A stretch of 18,062 nt of DNA from NCBI GenBank assembly GCA_035465955.1, contig DATIVK010000153.1:1-18062 (forward strand). Reading direction: 5' to 3'. The stretch comes from Anaeromyxobacteraceae bacterium (GTDB taxonomy: Bacteria; Myxococcota; Myxococcia; Myxococcales; Anaeromyxobacteraceae). The notes under the pieces were generated by a model, which searched no databases, was not told the DNA's origin, and saw only the letters and a program-made list of their open reading frames with translations. Positions 1 through 7,393 of this stretch are shown here, in pieces (the first letter of the stretch is position 1; each line of letters begins with the position of its first letter). Made by a program: the position numbers and the translations under genes.

Positions 1-270
1 GAGTTCCCCCATTTCGACGAGCGCACGGATCGTCCGGTCGCACGAAGCGTCCGGATGCACCTTGGGTGAGCATCGTGAGTGAGCACGATCTGGGGCGCAA
101 ATTCAAGCGTCACGTTGACGACGAGTGATCTCCTGCCGGGCGGGGTGCGCGGGTGTGCGCCGGGTGGGCCCGCCCCGCGCTCACGCCCCCTGAACGGCCG
201 CGCCGTCCGACTCCCGGAGGAGAGGGACGGCGCGGGGACCCCGGCGATCGGGGCGCGCTCGGGTGGCGGG

Positions 271-2400
271 CTACTTCTTCCGGTTCTTCGCCTGCTCGGC
301 CTGGATCGCGGTGAGCGCGATCGTGAAGACGATGTCCTCGACGAGGCAGCCGCGGGAGAGGTCGTTCACCGGCTTCGCCATGCCCTGCAGCATCGGCCCC
401 ATCGCGAGGGCGTTGGCGCTGCGCTGGACCGCCTTGTACGTCACGTTGCCGGTGTTGAGGTCCGGGAAGACGTAGACGGTGGCCTTGCCCGCGACGGGCG
501 ACTTCGGGGCCTTCGACCGGCCGACGTCGGGCATCAGCGCCGCGTCGTACTGGAGCGGGCCGTCGACCGCGAGGTCGGGGCGGAGCTTCCTCGCGAGCTC
601 GGTCGCCTTCGCGACCTTCTCCACCTCGGGGCCGGCGCCGGAGGTGCCGGTCGAGTACGAGAGCATCGCGACGCGGGGCTCGATGCCGAACGCGGCGGCC
701 GAGTCGGCGCTCTGGATCGCGATGTCGGCCAGCTCCTCGACGGTCGGGTTCGGGACGATGGCGCAGTCGCCGAACACGAGCACCTGCTCGGGCAGGCACA
801 TGAAGAAGATCGACGACACGAGGTTGCAGCCCGGCGACGTCTTGATGAGCTGCAGCGCTGGCCGGACCGTGTGGGCGGTGGTGTGGACCGCGCCGGAGAC
901 GAGCCCGTCGACCTCGTCGAGCGCCATCATCATCGTGCCGAGCATGATGGTGTCGGAGAGCTCCTCGGCGGCCGCCTGCGGGGTCATCCCCTTGTGCTTG
1001 CGCCGCTCGACGAGCGGGTCGACGTACCGGGGCGCGGCCTTGGCGGCGTCGATGATCTCGATCGAGGCGGGGAGCTTCACCCCCTGCTTCTCGGCGACGG
1101 CGCGGATCTCGTCGGGGTTCCCGAGCAGGACGCAGCGGGCGATCCCGCGCTCCTGCGCGATGGCGGCCGCCTTGACCGTGCGCGGCTCGGCCCCCTCGGG
1201 CAGGACGATCCGCTTGTTGAGGGCGCGGGCGGTCTCGACCAGCTTGTAGCGGAAGGCGGGCGGGGAGAGGCGGGGCGCCCGCGTCGAGCCGGAGATCGCC
1301 TTCACCCAGGCCGGGTCGATCTGGTCGGCGACCGTGTTCATGACCCGGTCGATCCGCTCGCCGTCGTCCTCCGCGATCTGGAGGTCCATGTTGGCGACGG
1401 CGGTCGCGGTCGGGAAGGTGGTCGTCTCGACGGTGAGGATCGGGAAGCCGGTCTTGAGCGCCCCCTCGCAGAGCGCGAGGGTCTTGTCGCCCGGGACGAT
1501 CCCGCCGGTGAGCAGGAGCCCCGCGAGCGGCGTGCCGTTCTGGACCGCGAGGGCGGCGGCCTCGATGATGTCGGTGCGGTCGCCCGGCGTCACGATCAGC
1601 GCGCCCGGCTTGAAGTAGCGCGTGGCGGTCGGCGCCGTGGACGCGGCGAGCGCGACGCTGGTGACGCGCCGCTTTTCGTAGTCGCCGGCGCGGAGCGGCT
1701 TCGCCCCGATGGCGTCGGCCACGTCCTTGACGCGCGGCGAGGCGATGGCGCTCGTCGCCGGCAGCACCGCCACCGGCTTCAGCTTCTTCGCCTCGAGCGC
1801 CGTGCGGTACGCGCCCAGGTCGTCGGCGGTGAGGGCGGGGGCGGCGATCCCGGCGTCGACCCAGGTGCTGCGCCCGTCGCCGGCCTGCTTGCTCAGCCGG
1901 TTGAGGATGGCGCCGACGACGCGCCCCTCGGGGAGCGGCGCGTAGCCCGCGGCCGCGATGGCCACGGCGCTGGCCGCGTCGGCGGGGCCGTCGCCCGCGG
2001 GCGCCCCGACGAGCACGAGCTCGGCGTCGAGGGCCTTCAGCATCAGGTTGTTCATCCGCGTCGCCCAGACCATCCCGGGCTCCGGCTCCATGCCGGCCAC
2101 GACGAGGACGTCCGCCCCCTTCGCGGCGTCGTTGCAGAGCGCGACCACGCGCTCGAGCAGGGTCTGGTCGTCGCCGGCGGCGAGGAGCGCCTCCGCCTCG
2201 GCGCGGGCGATCGGCGCGGGCGGGGAGAGGCGCGCCCCCTGCTTCATGAGGGCGACGGTGCGGTCGACGCCGCGGGCGGCGACCGGCTTGACGAAGGCGA
2301 CGCGGGCGCCGAGGCGATCGAGGGCGCGGACGAGGCCGAGACAGGACGTCGTGAGGCCAACCTGACGGCCCGACGGGGCGACGAGGAGGGTCTGGGGCAT
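271..2400 (-). CDS. pta: Phosphate acetyltransferase, long form (N-terminal DRTGG/AAA-like domain plus C-terminal PTA_PTB domain), 709 aa
   Basis: The N-terminus MPQTLLVAPSGRQVGLTTSCLGLVRALDRLGARVAFVKPV aligns well with E. coli Pta ([32 protein letters not shown]...FKPI). Its ~700 aa length is typical of the long-form enzyme, and it sits directly downstream of ackA on the same strand. ATG is at 2398-2400 (revcomp) and the stop TAG at 271-273. Confidence 0.93.
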   Translation of the reverse strand: MPQTLLVAPSGRQVGLTTSCLGLVRALDRLGARVAFVKPVAARGVDRTVALMKQGARLSPPAPIARAEAEALLAAGDDQTLLERVVALCNDAAKGADVLVVAGMEPEPGMVWATRMNNLMLKALDAELVLVGAPAGDGPADAASAVAIAAAGYAPLPEGRVVGAILNRLSKQAGDGRSTWVDAGIAAPALTADDLGAYRTALEAKKLKPVAVLPATSAIASPRVKDVADAIGAKPLRAGDYEKRRVTSVALAASTAPTATRYFKPGALIVTPGDRTDIIEAAALAVQNGTPLAGLLLTGGIVPGDKTLALCEGALKTGFPILTVETTTFPTATAVANMDLQIAEDDGERIDRVMNTVADQIDPAWVKAISGSTRAPRLSPPAFRYKLVETARALNKRIVLPEGAEPRTVKAAAIAQERGIARCVLLGNPDEIRAVAEKQGVKLPASIEIIDAAKAAPRYVDPLVERRKHKGMTPQAAAEELSDTIMLGTMMMALDEVDGLVSGAVHTTAHTVRPALQLIKTSPGCNLVSSIFFMCLPEQVLVFGDCAIVPNPTVEELADIAIQSADSAAAFGIEPRVAMLSYSTGTSGAGPEVEKVAKATELARKLRPDLAVDGPLQYDAALMPDVGRSKAPKSPVAGKATVYVFPDLNTGNVTYKAVQRSANALAMGPMLQGMAKPVNDLSRGCLVEDIVFTIALTAIQAEQAKNRKK

Positions 2401-2439
2401 GGCTGTCTTCGCTGGGTGAGGGTGGGACGGCGGCGGGGC

Positions 2440-3630
2440 CTAGGCCTTCGCCTTCTGGATGATCTCGGCGGTGTCCATCGCGATCATCAGCTCCTCGTTC
2501 GTCGGGATGACGACCGCCTGCGGCCGGGTCTCGACCGTGATCCGGCCGTTGGTCTCCTTGCCGTGGTTGAGGTTCGCCGCCGGGTCGAGGGTCAGGCCGA
2601 GGAACTTGAGGTGGTCGACGATCTTCGCGCGGACGAAGGTCGCGTTCTCGCCGATGCCGCCGGTGAAGACGAGGGCGTCGATGCCGCCCGCCGAGACGAC
2701 GAGGCCGGCGCAGGCCTTGGCGACCGAGTAGCAGAACTTGTCGATCGCGAGGGCGGCGCGCTTGTGGCCCGCGGTCGCCGCCTCGTGGAGCGTCCGCATG
2801 TCGTTGGACAGGCCCGAGATCCCGAGGAGGCCCGAGCGCTTGTTGAGGACGTCCATGACGTCGCCGGCCGACTTCCCGAGCGCGTCCTTCATGTGCGAGA
2901 CGATCGACGGGTCGATGGAGCCGGACCGCGTCCCCATCACGACGCCCTCGAGCGGCGTGAGCCCCATCGTCGTGTCCATGCTCTTGCCGTTCCGGATGGC
3001 GGTGCAGGAGCAGCCGTTGCCGAGGTGGGCGGTGACGAGCGTGTGATCGTTCGGATCGAGCCCGAGCCGCTTGACCGCCTGCTCCGAGACGTAGCGGTGG
3101 CTGGTCCCGTGGAAGCCGTAGCGACGGACCTCGTGCTCGACGAACCACTCGTAGGGGACCGCGTACAGGTAGGCGCGCTCCGGCATCGTCTGGTGGAAGG
3201 CGGTGTCGAAGACGGCGACCTGCGGGAGGGAGGGGAAGAGCTCCTTCGCGATGTTGATGCCGAGGAGGTTCGCCGGGTTGTGCAGGGGCCCCAGGGGGAT
3301 GCACTCGGTGATCTTGTCGATCACCTCCTTGGTGATCGCCATCGAGCCGGAGAACTTCGCGCCGCCGTGGACGACGCGGTGTCCGACCCCGACGAGATCG
3401 TCGGCGAGCTTCGCCTCCCTCAGGAGGTCGACGACCGCGCGCAGCGCGATGTCGTGATCGGCGCGGTGGAGGTCCTTGGACTGCTTCTTCCCGTCGACCT
3501 TCCAGTCGAGGGAGGCGTGCGCGGAGCCGAGGCGCTGCGCGATCCCCGACGCGAGCTCCCGGCCGTCCTGCGAGTTGATGACCGCGAACTTCGCCGAGGA
3601 GCTGCCACAATTGAGCACGAGGACGTTCAT
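2440..3630 (-). CDS. ackA: Acetate kinase, 396 aa
   Basis: The N-terminus MNVLVLNCGSSSAKFAVI is the hallmark acetate/propionate kinase motif (E. coli LVLVLNCGSSSLKFAII). Length fits AckA. The upstream RBS is GGAGAT (revcomp of 3636-3641). A 39-bp gap to pta on the same strand gives an ackA-pta operon. Confidence 0.95.
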   Translation of the reverse strand: MNVLVLNCGSSSAKFAVINSQDGRELASGIAQRLGSAHASLDWKVDGKKQSKDLHRADHDIALRAVVDLLREAKLADDLVGVGHRVVHGGAKFSGSMAITKEVIDKITECIPLGPLHNPANLLGINIAKELFPSLPQVAVFDTAFHQTMPERAYLYAVPYEWFVEHEVRRYGFHGTSHRYVSEQAVKRLGLDPNDHTLVTAHLGNGCSCTAIRNGKSMDTTMGLTPLEGVVMGTRSGSIDPSIVSHMKDALGKSAGDVMDVLNKRSGLLGISGLSNDMRTLHEAATAGHKRAALAIDKFCYSVAKACAGLVVSAGGIDALVFTGGIGENATFVRAKIVDHLKFLGLTLDPAANLNHGKETNGRITVETRPQAVVIPTNEELMIAMDTAEIIQKAKA

Positions 3631-3683
3631 CGAGATCTCCGGAACTACGATCCACCACCTGACCGGCGGCCCTAAGAGAGCGC

Positions 3684-3700
3684 CGGCCTGTTACAGGCCG
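3684..3700. promoter_or_regulatory. Perfect 8-1-8 inverted repeat CGGCCTGT-T-ACAGGCCG, 54-70 bp upstream of the ackA start codon
   Basis: It is read directly in the 324-bp divergent ackA/DLH intergenic region. The palindrome could be a dimeric transcription-factor site or a small hairpin. Confidence 0.3.
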
Positions 3701-3954
3701 CGCACTGCACCCTGCTGGGACGAATTCTCTGGACCGTAAGCCTCGGTTCGCGATGGCCTCGGAATCAGCGATGTTGGCATTTCTGGCGCCCCCTGTGCAA
3801 GGGAGAACGCGCTGAATTTGCGCGATCCGGCCCCCGGTTGCGCTCGAAATCGCCTACAGGTGCGTGATCGGCAACCCTTGCGTGGGTGGGCGGGCCCCGG
3901 GGTGTGCGGGGGAAGCGGGCGGCGGTTATTGGCCCGCACCTGGAGGTAAGTGCC

Positions 3955-4740
3955 ATGAGCACCCCATTCAGGCCTCTCGCAGCCCTCGTCATCCTGGCGT
4001 CCGCCGGCCCCGCCCACGGTGCGGTGCGAGCGCGCACGGTCGAGTATCGCCAGGGGGAGACCGTCCTCGAGGGCTACGTCGCGTACGACGACGCCCCGGC
4101 GGCGAAGCGCCCGGGCGTCCTCGTGGTCCACGAGTGGACCGGCATCAACCCCTACACGCGCCGCCGCGTGGACCAGCTCGCGGCGCTCGGCTACGTCGCC
4201 TTCGCCGCGGACGTCTACGGGAAGGGGGTTCGTCCCGCGACGCCGAAGGAGGCCGCCGCGCTCGCCGGCAGGTACAAGGCCGATCGCGCGCTGCTCCGGG
4301 CCCGGCTGCAGGCGGCGCTCGCCGAGCTCCGCCGGCAGCCCGGGGTCGATCCCGCGAAGATCGCCGCCATCGGCTACTGCTTCGGCGGGACGGGGGCCCT
4401 GGAGCTGGCCCGGTCCGGCGCCGACCTCCTCGGCGTCGTCAGCTTCCACGGGGGGCTCGACACGCCGACCCCCGGGGACGCGAAGAACATCAAGGCGAAG
4501 GTGCTCGCGCTCCACGGCGCCGACGATCCCTTCGTCACCGAGGCGGCCGTGAAGGGCTTCGAGGACGAGATGCGCGCGGCGAAGGTCGACTGGCAGCTCG
4601 TGAAGTACTCCGGCGCGGTCCACGGGTTCACCAACCCCGACAACGGCGCCGACACGTCGAAGGGGGCCGCCTACGACGCCGACGCCGACCGGCGCTCGTG
4701 GATCGCGATGAAGGACTTCTTCGACGAGCTGTTCAGGTAG
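3955..4740 (+). CDS. Dienelactone hydrolase family protein (carboxymethylenebutenolidase-like), secreted, 261 aa
   Basis: I chose the internal ATG at 3955, which is preceded by GGAGGT at 3941-3946. The N-terminus MSTPFRPLAALVILASAGPAHGAV looks like a signal peptide. GVLVVHEWTG, the nucleophile motif IGYCFGGTGA (G-x-C-x-G-G) and a C-terminal VHGF histidine motif match the DLH fold. The track ORF begins earlier, at 3886. Confidence 0.82.
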   Translation: MSTPFRPLAALVILASAGPAHGAVRARTVEYRQGETVLEGYVAYDDAPAAKRPGVLVVHEWTGINPYTRRRVDQLAALGYVAFAADVYGKGVRPATPKEAAALAGRYKADRALLRARLQAALAELRRQPGVDPAKIAAIGYCFGGTGALELARSGADLLGVVSFHGGLDTPTPGDAKNIKAKVLALHGADDPFVTEAAVKGFEDEMRAAKVDWQLVKYSGAVHGFTNPDNGADTSKGAAYDADADRRSWIAMKDFFDELFR

Positions 4741-4749
4741 CGCGGCCGC

Positions 4750-5655
4750 TCACCCCGGCCTCCCGATCCGCGACGGGGGGGAGGCGAGGAGCTCGACGAC
4801 CAGCTCCCGGAAGGCGGTGACCTTGCGCGGCACGTGCTTCGCCGCCGGCGTGACGACGTGGAGCCAGCCGGCCTGCTGCTCGACGCGCGGCAGCACGCGG
4901 ACGAGGGTCCCCGCGAGCCGATCGGGCTCGGCCACGAAGGTCGGGAGGAGCCCGACCCCGGCGCCGGCGCGGAGCGCGTCGCGGGCGAAGAGCAGGTCGT
5001 CGCAGAGGATCCGCTCGCGCGGCGCCACGCCGACGGTCTCCTGGGCGCCGCCCAGCCGGAGCTTCTGGGGCCCGCCGCGGAAGGCGACCCAGTCGTGCCC
5101 GGCCAGCTCCGCCTCGCTCCGCGGCGTCCCGCGCCGGGCGAGGTAGACGGGCGAGGCGAAGAGCTGCGCCACGATGGGGGCCACGCGCCGGGCGACGAGG
5201 GTGGAGTCCTTCAGGGCCGCGCCCACGCGGAGCGCGACGTCGAACCTCTCGGCCACCAGGTCGACCACGCGCCCCGTCAGGTGGAGGTCGACGGTGACCG
5301 CCGGGTAGCGGGCGGTGTAGCGCGTCACCACCTCGGCCAGCATCAGGACGCCGAGATCGACGGGGGCGGTGACGCGCAGGCGACCGGACGGCGCCTCCTC
5401 GCGCTCGGGCAGCTCGCCCAGGGCGGAGCCCACCTGGCGCAGGAGCGGGGCGATCCGGTCGTAGAGCGCCGTGCCGGCCGCCGTGAGCGAGACCTGGCGG
5501 GTGGTGCGGAGGAGGAGCTGGGTGTCGAGGTCCTCCTCGAGCCGCGCGATCCCCCGGCTCACCGACGACTTGGGGAGCCGCAGCTCCTTCGCCGCCCCCG
5601 AGAAGCTGGAGGTGCGGGCGACCGCCTCGAAGAGCGTCAGGTGGTTGAGGTCCAT
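4750..5655 (-). CDS. LysR-family transcriptional regulator (LTTR), 301 aa
   Basis: I chose the start at MDLNHLTLFEAVARTSSFSGAAKELRLPKSSVSRGIARLEEDL, the canonical LTTR winged-HTH. ATG is at 5653-5655 (revcomp) with GGAGGA just upstream on the minus strand. A C-terminal substrate-binding-domain-like region follows. The gene is divergent from the YceI gene. Confidence 0.9.
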   Translation of the reverse strand: MDLNHLTLFEAVARTSSFSGAAKELRLPKSSVSRGIARLEEDLDTQLLLRTTRQVSLTAAGTALYDRIAPLLRQVGSALGELPEREEAPSGRLRVTAPVDLGVLMLAEVVTRYTARYPAVTVDLHLTGRVVDLVAERFDVALRVGAALKDSTLVARRVAPIVAQLFASPVYLARRGTPRSEAELAGHDWVAFRGGPQKLRLGGAQETVGVAPRERILCDDLLFARDALRAGAGVGLLPTFVAEPDRLAGTLVRVLPRVEQQAGWLHVVTPAAKHVPRKVTAFRELVVELLASPPSRIGRPG

Positions 5656-5672
5656 CGTTCCTCCACGGGAAC

Positions 5673-5719
5673 GCAAAGGTGCAAGACGTCATATTGCGCC
5701 AGGCATGGAACGGCGGCAA
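5673..5719. promoter_or_regulatory. Candidate LTTR operator in the LysR/YceI divergent intergenic region: alternating GCAA / TTGC half-sites
   Basis: Half-sites are GCAA (5673-5676), GCAA (5681-5684), TTGC (5694-5697) and GCAA (5716-5719). They form inverted repeats GCAA-N9-TTGC and TTGCGCC-N11-GGCGGCAA. These lie 50-95 bp upstream of the yceI ATG, overlapping the likely lysR promoter. That is the classic autoregulatory LTTR arrangement. Confidence 0.3.
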
Positions 5720-5769
5720 GTTCCCCCCGAACCGAACGGGACGAAGGCTCCCGGCGAAAGGACTCCGAC

Positions 5770-6321
5770 ATGGCAACGAACACGTGGGAAATCGACACCA
5801 GCCACTCCGCCATCCACTTCTGGGTGCGCCACCTCGTCATCTCCAAGGTCCACGGCCGCTTCGCGAAGTGGGCGGGCACCGTGAACCTCGACGAGCAGGA
5901 CCCGGCCCGCTCGAGCGTCGAGGTCCGGATCGAGGCCGCCTCGATCGACACGCAGGTCGCCGACCGCGACGCCCACCTGCGGTCGCCCGACTTCCTCGAC
6001 GCCGCCAACCACCCGGCGCTCACCTACCGGTCGCGCCGCATCGAGAAGAGCGGCGACGGCTACCGCGTCACCGGCGACCTGACGATCCGCGGCGTCACCC
6101 GCGAGGTGGTCCTCGACGCGGAGTTCGCCGGGCTCGCGAAGGATCCCTGGGGGAACCAGCGGGCCGGCTTCTCGGCGAAGGCGTCCCTGGATCGGCGCGA
6201 CTTCGGGCTCACCTGGAACGCGGCGGTCGAGACGGGTGGCGTCCTCGTGGGGGAGAAGGTCGAGATCTCGATCGAGCTCGAGGCCGTGAAGAAGGTCGCC
6301 GCTCCCGCGCAGGCCGCGTAG
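5770..6321 (+). CDS. YceI-family (polyisoprenoid-binding-like) protein, 183 aa
   Basis: The real gene sits inside the spurious 495-aa track ORF 4834..6321 and starts at ATG 5770 (MATNTWEIDTSHSAIHFWVRHLVISKVHGRF). Length and pattern (WxID...S...F..RH, beta-rich, ~180 aa) are typical of the YceI-like domain. AAAGGA lies about 10 bp upstream. Confidence 0.8.
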   Translation: MATNTWEIDTSHSAIHFWVRHLVISKVHGRFAKWAGTVNLDEQDPARSSVEVRIEAASIDTQVADRDAHLRSPDFLDAANHPALTYRSRRIEKSGDGYRVTGDLTIRGVTREVVLDAEFAGLAKDPWGNQRAGFSAKASLDRRDFGLTWNAAVETGGVLVGEKVEISIELEAVKKVAAPAQAA

Positions 6322-6333
6322 GCGCCGTGGCGC

Positions 6334-6361
6334 GGCCCCTCCCGCGCCGGCGGGAGGGGCC
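6334..6361. terminator. Perfect 12-bp GC-rich stem-loop (GGCCCCTCCCGC-gccg-GCGGGAGGGGCC) between the convergent YceI gene and the phosphoesterase gene; a candidate bidirectional intrinsic terminator
   Basis: It is directly readable: the left arm 6334-6345 is the exact reverse complement of the right arm 6350-6361, around a 4-nt loop. It sits 13 bp after the yceI stop and abuts the phosphoesterase stop. There is no U-tract, which is common in high-GC genomes. Confidence 0.5.
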
Positions 6362-7237
6362 CTACCGCGGCCACCAGTCCACGACGGTCACCTCCGGCCG
6401 CGCCCCGAAGCGGATCGGCAGGACCGACGTGCCGACCCCGCGCGAGACGTAGAGGTCGAAGGGCGGGCCGCGGTACCAGCCGGCGAGGTAGCCGCCGCTC
6501 CCGGGCAGCCGGGAGGGCGCGTAGCCGAGGAGCGTCACCTGGCCGCCGTGGGTGCCGGCCGAGAGCATGAAGGCGGGCGGCGCCACGTCCCACGCCTCGC
6601 GGGAGGCGGGCGAGTGGGCCACCGCCACCACGTCGGCGATCCCGGCCGCGCCGCGCGCCGCGGCCCGGGGGTCGGGCTGGCCGCTGGCCGCGTCGTCGAG
6701 GCCGACGACCGCCACCGGGCGGCCGCCGGGGTCGAGCCGGAGCGCCTCGTTCACGAGCAGGGCGGCGCCCCGGTGCGACAGCACCGCCCGCAGCGACGCG
6801 ACCTCGACGCCGGACCAGCGCTCGGAGCCCCCGAGCACCGCGGCGGTCCGGTGGCCGTCGCCGAGGAGCGCGAGGAAGGCGTCGAGCGCCGGGAGCGCCT
6901 CCGGCCCGTCCACCAGGTCCCCGCACAGGACGACGAGGTCCGGCCTCGCCTCGCGGGCGGCGGCCGCGACCCGGCGCTCGCGATCGCCGATCTGCCGGAG
7001 GTGAAGGTCGCCGAGCGCCACGATGCGGAAGGGGTGGGCGCCGGGCGCAGGGGACCCCACGGTGCCGTGGGTCACCTCGATCCAGCCGGGCTCGCCCAGC
7101 CACGCCCAGGCGCCGACGACCAGCGTCCAGACGACGCCGGCGAGGGTCACGACCACCGCCCGGCGCACCGTCACGGCGGTCCTGCGGTGGCGGTGGTGCT
7201 CGCGCGAGCGGGGCGAGCCTGGCGCGGGCGGGGCCAT
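6362..7237 (-). CDS. Membrane-anchored calcineurin-like metallophosphoesterase (YkuE-like), ~291 aa
   Basis: The N-terminus has a hydrophobic helix (AVVVTLAGVVWTLVVGAWAWL). Phosphoesterase signature motifs follow: ALGDLHL (GDxH), LCGDLVDG (GDxxD) and GTHGGQV (GHxH-like). I chose the start at ATG 7235-7237 (revcomp), the only ATG upstream of the transmembrane helix; an upstream GTG start is possible. The rest of the 760-aa track ORF (7238-8644) is antisense to a better gene. Confidence 0.72.
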   Translation of the reverse strand: MAPPAPGSPRSREHHRHRRTAVTVRRAVVVTLAGVVWTLVVGAWAWLGEPGWIEVTHGTVGSPAPGAHPFRIVALGDLHLRQIGDRERRVAAAAREARPDLVVLCGDLVDGPEALPALDAFLALLGDGHRTAAVLGGSERWSGVEVASLRAVLSHRGAALLVNEALRLDPGGRPVAVVGLDDAASGQPDPRAAARGAAGIADVVAVAHSPASREAWDVAPPAFMLSAGTHGGQVTLLGYAPSRLPGSGGYLAGWYRGPPFDLYVSRGVGTSVLPIRFGARPEVTVVDWWPR

Positions 7238-7329
7238 GGCCGGCGAGCAGAGCACGCGCGCCCCGCCGCTGTCGACGTGGAAGAGGCCGCTGCCGCCGGC
7301 GCGTCGAGCGCCCGTCCCGAAAGGTGCCC

Positions 7330-7358
7330 TTGTAGGGTGGCCGCCCAGCGCGTATTCA
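7330..7358 (+). promoter_or_regulatory. Weak sigma70-like promoter candidate (TTGTAG-N17-TATTCA) upstream of the 7394 operon
   Basis: It is the only AT-containing hexamer pair with 17-bp spacing in the 156-bp divergent intergenic region, and it ends 36 bp before ATG 7394. It matches 3/6 of each consensus hexamer. Confidence 0.2.
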
Positions 7359-7393
7359 GATCGGGAGCGGCTGCGAGATCGGAGGGCGGGCGG

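Noticed and set aside
1-69. Open + strand frame running into a TGA at 67-69 (…EFPHFDERTDRPVARSVRMHLG*), possibly the 3' end of an upstream gene
   Set aside because: It is only 22 codons with no recognisable motif. It cannot be distinguished from chance in this composition, and I did not rule out the other strand.
239-253. Short hairpin CCCCG-gcgat-CGGGG just downstream of the pta stop (minus strand); a possible terminator
   Set aside because: The stem is only 5 bp, it does not extend cleanly, and there is no U-tract. It is too weak to call.
79-3675. Very long ORFs covering the ackA-pta region on the + strand (79..3675, 1198 aa) and in another - frame (110..3658, 1182 aa)
   Set aside because: Their translations are low-complexity and rich in R/G/A/D/E/P, as expected for off-frame or antisense reading of GC3-rich genes in a ~73% GC genome where stop codons are rare. 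The same interval holds two textbook genes (pta, ackA) in a different minus frame.
3775-3790. TTGGCATttctgGCGC resembling a sigma54 -24/-12 element (TGGCAC-N5-TTGCW), oriented toward the dienelactone hydrolase gene
   Set aside because: The -24 half is good but the -12 half is poor (GGCGC versus TTGCA). It would lie about 165 bp upstream of the ATG and no enhancer-binding-protein site is apparent. A second look-alike at ~3869 (GGCAACCCTTGCG) has the wrong GG-N8-GC spacing.
3631-3954. Relatively AT-richer 324-bp intergenic region checked for tRNA or small-RNA genes and mobile-element ends
   Set aside because: There is no cloverleaf-compatible T-loop (GGTTCGANTCC) or anticodon-stem pattern, and no terminal inverted repeats or target-site duplications. 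It is best explained as a divergent promoter region.
4741-4749. GCGGCCGC palindrome filling the 9-bp gap between the convergent stop codons of the dienelactone hydrolase and LysR genes
   Set aside because: An 8-bp GC palindrome is expected by chance in this composition. It is too short to be a terminator, and the genes simply abut.
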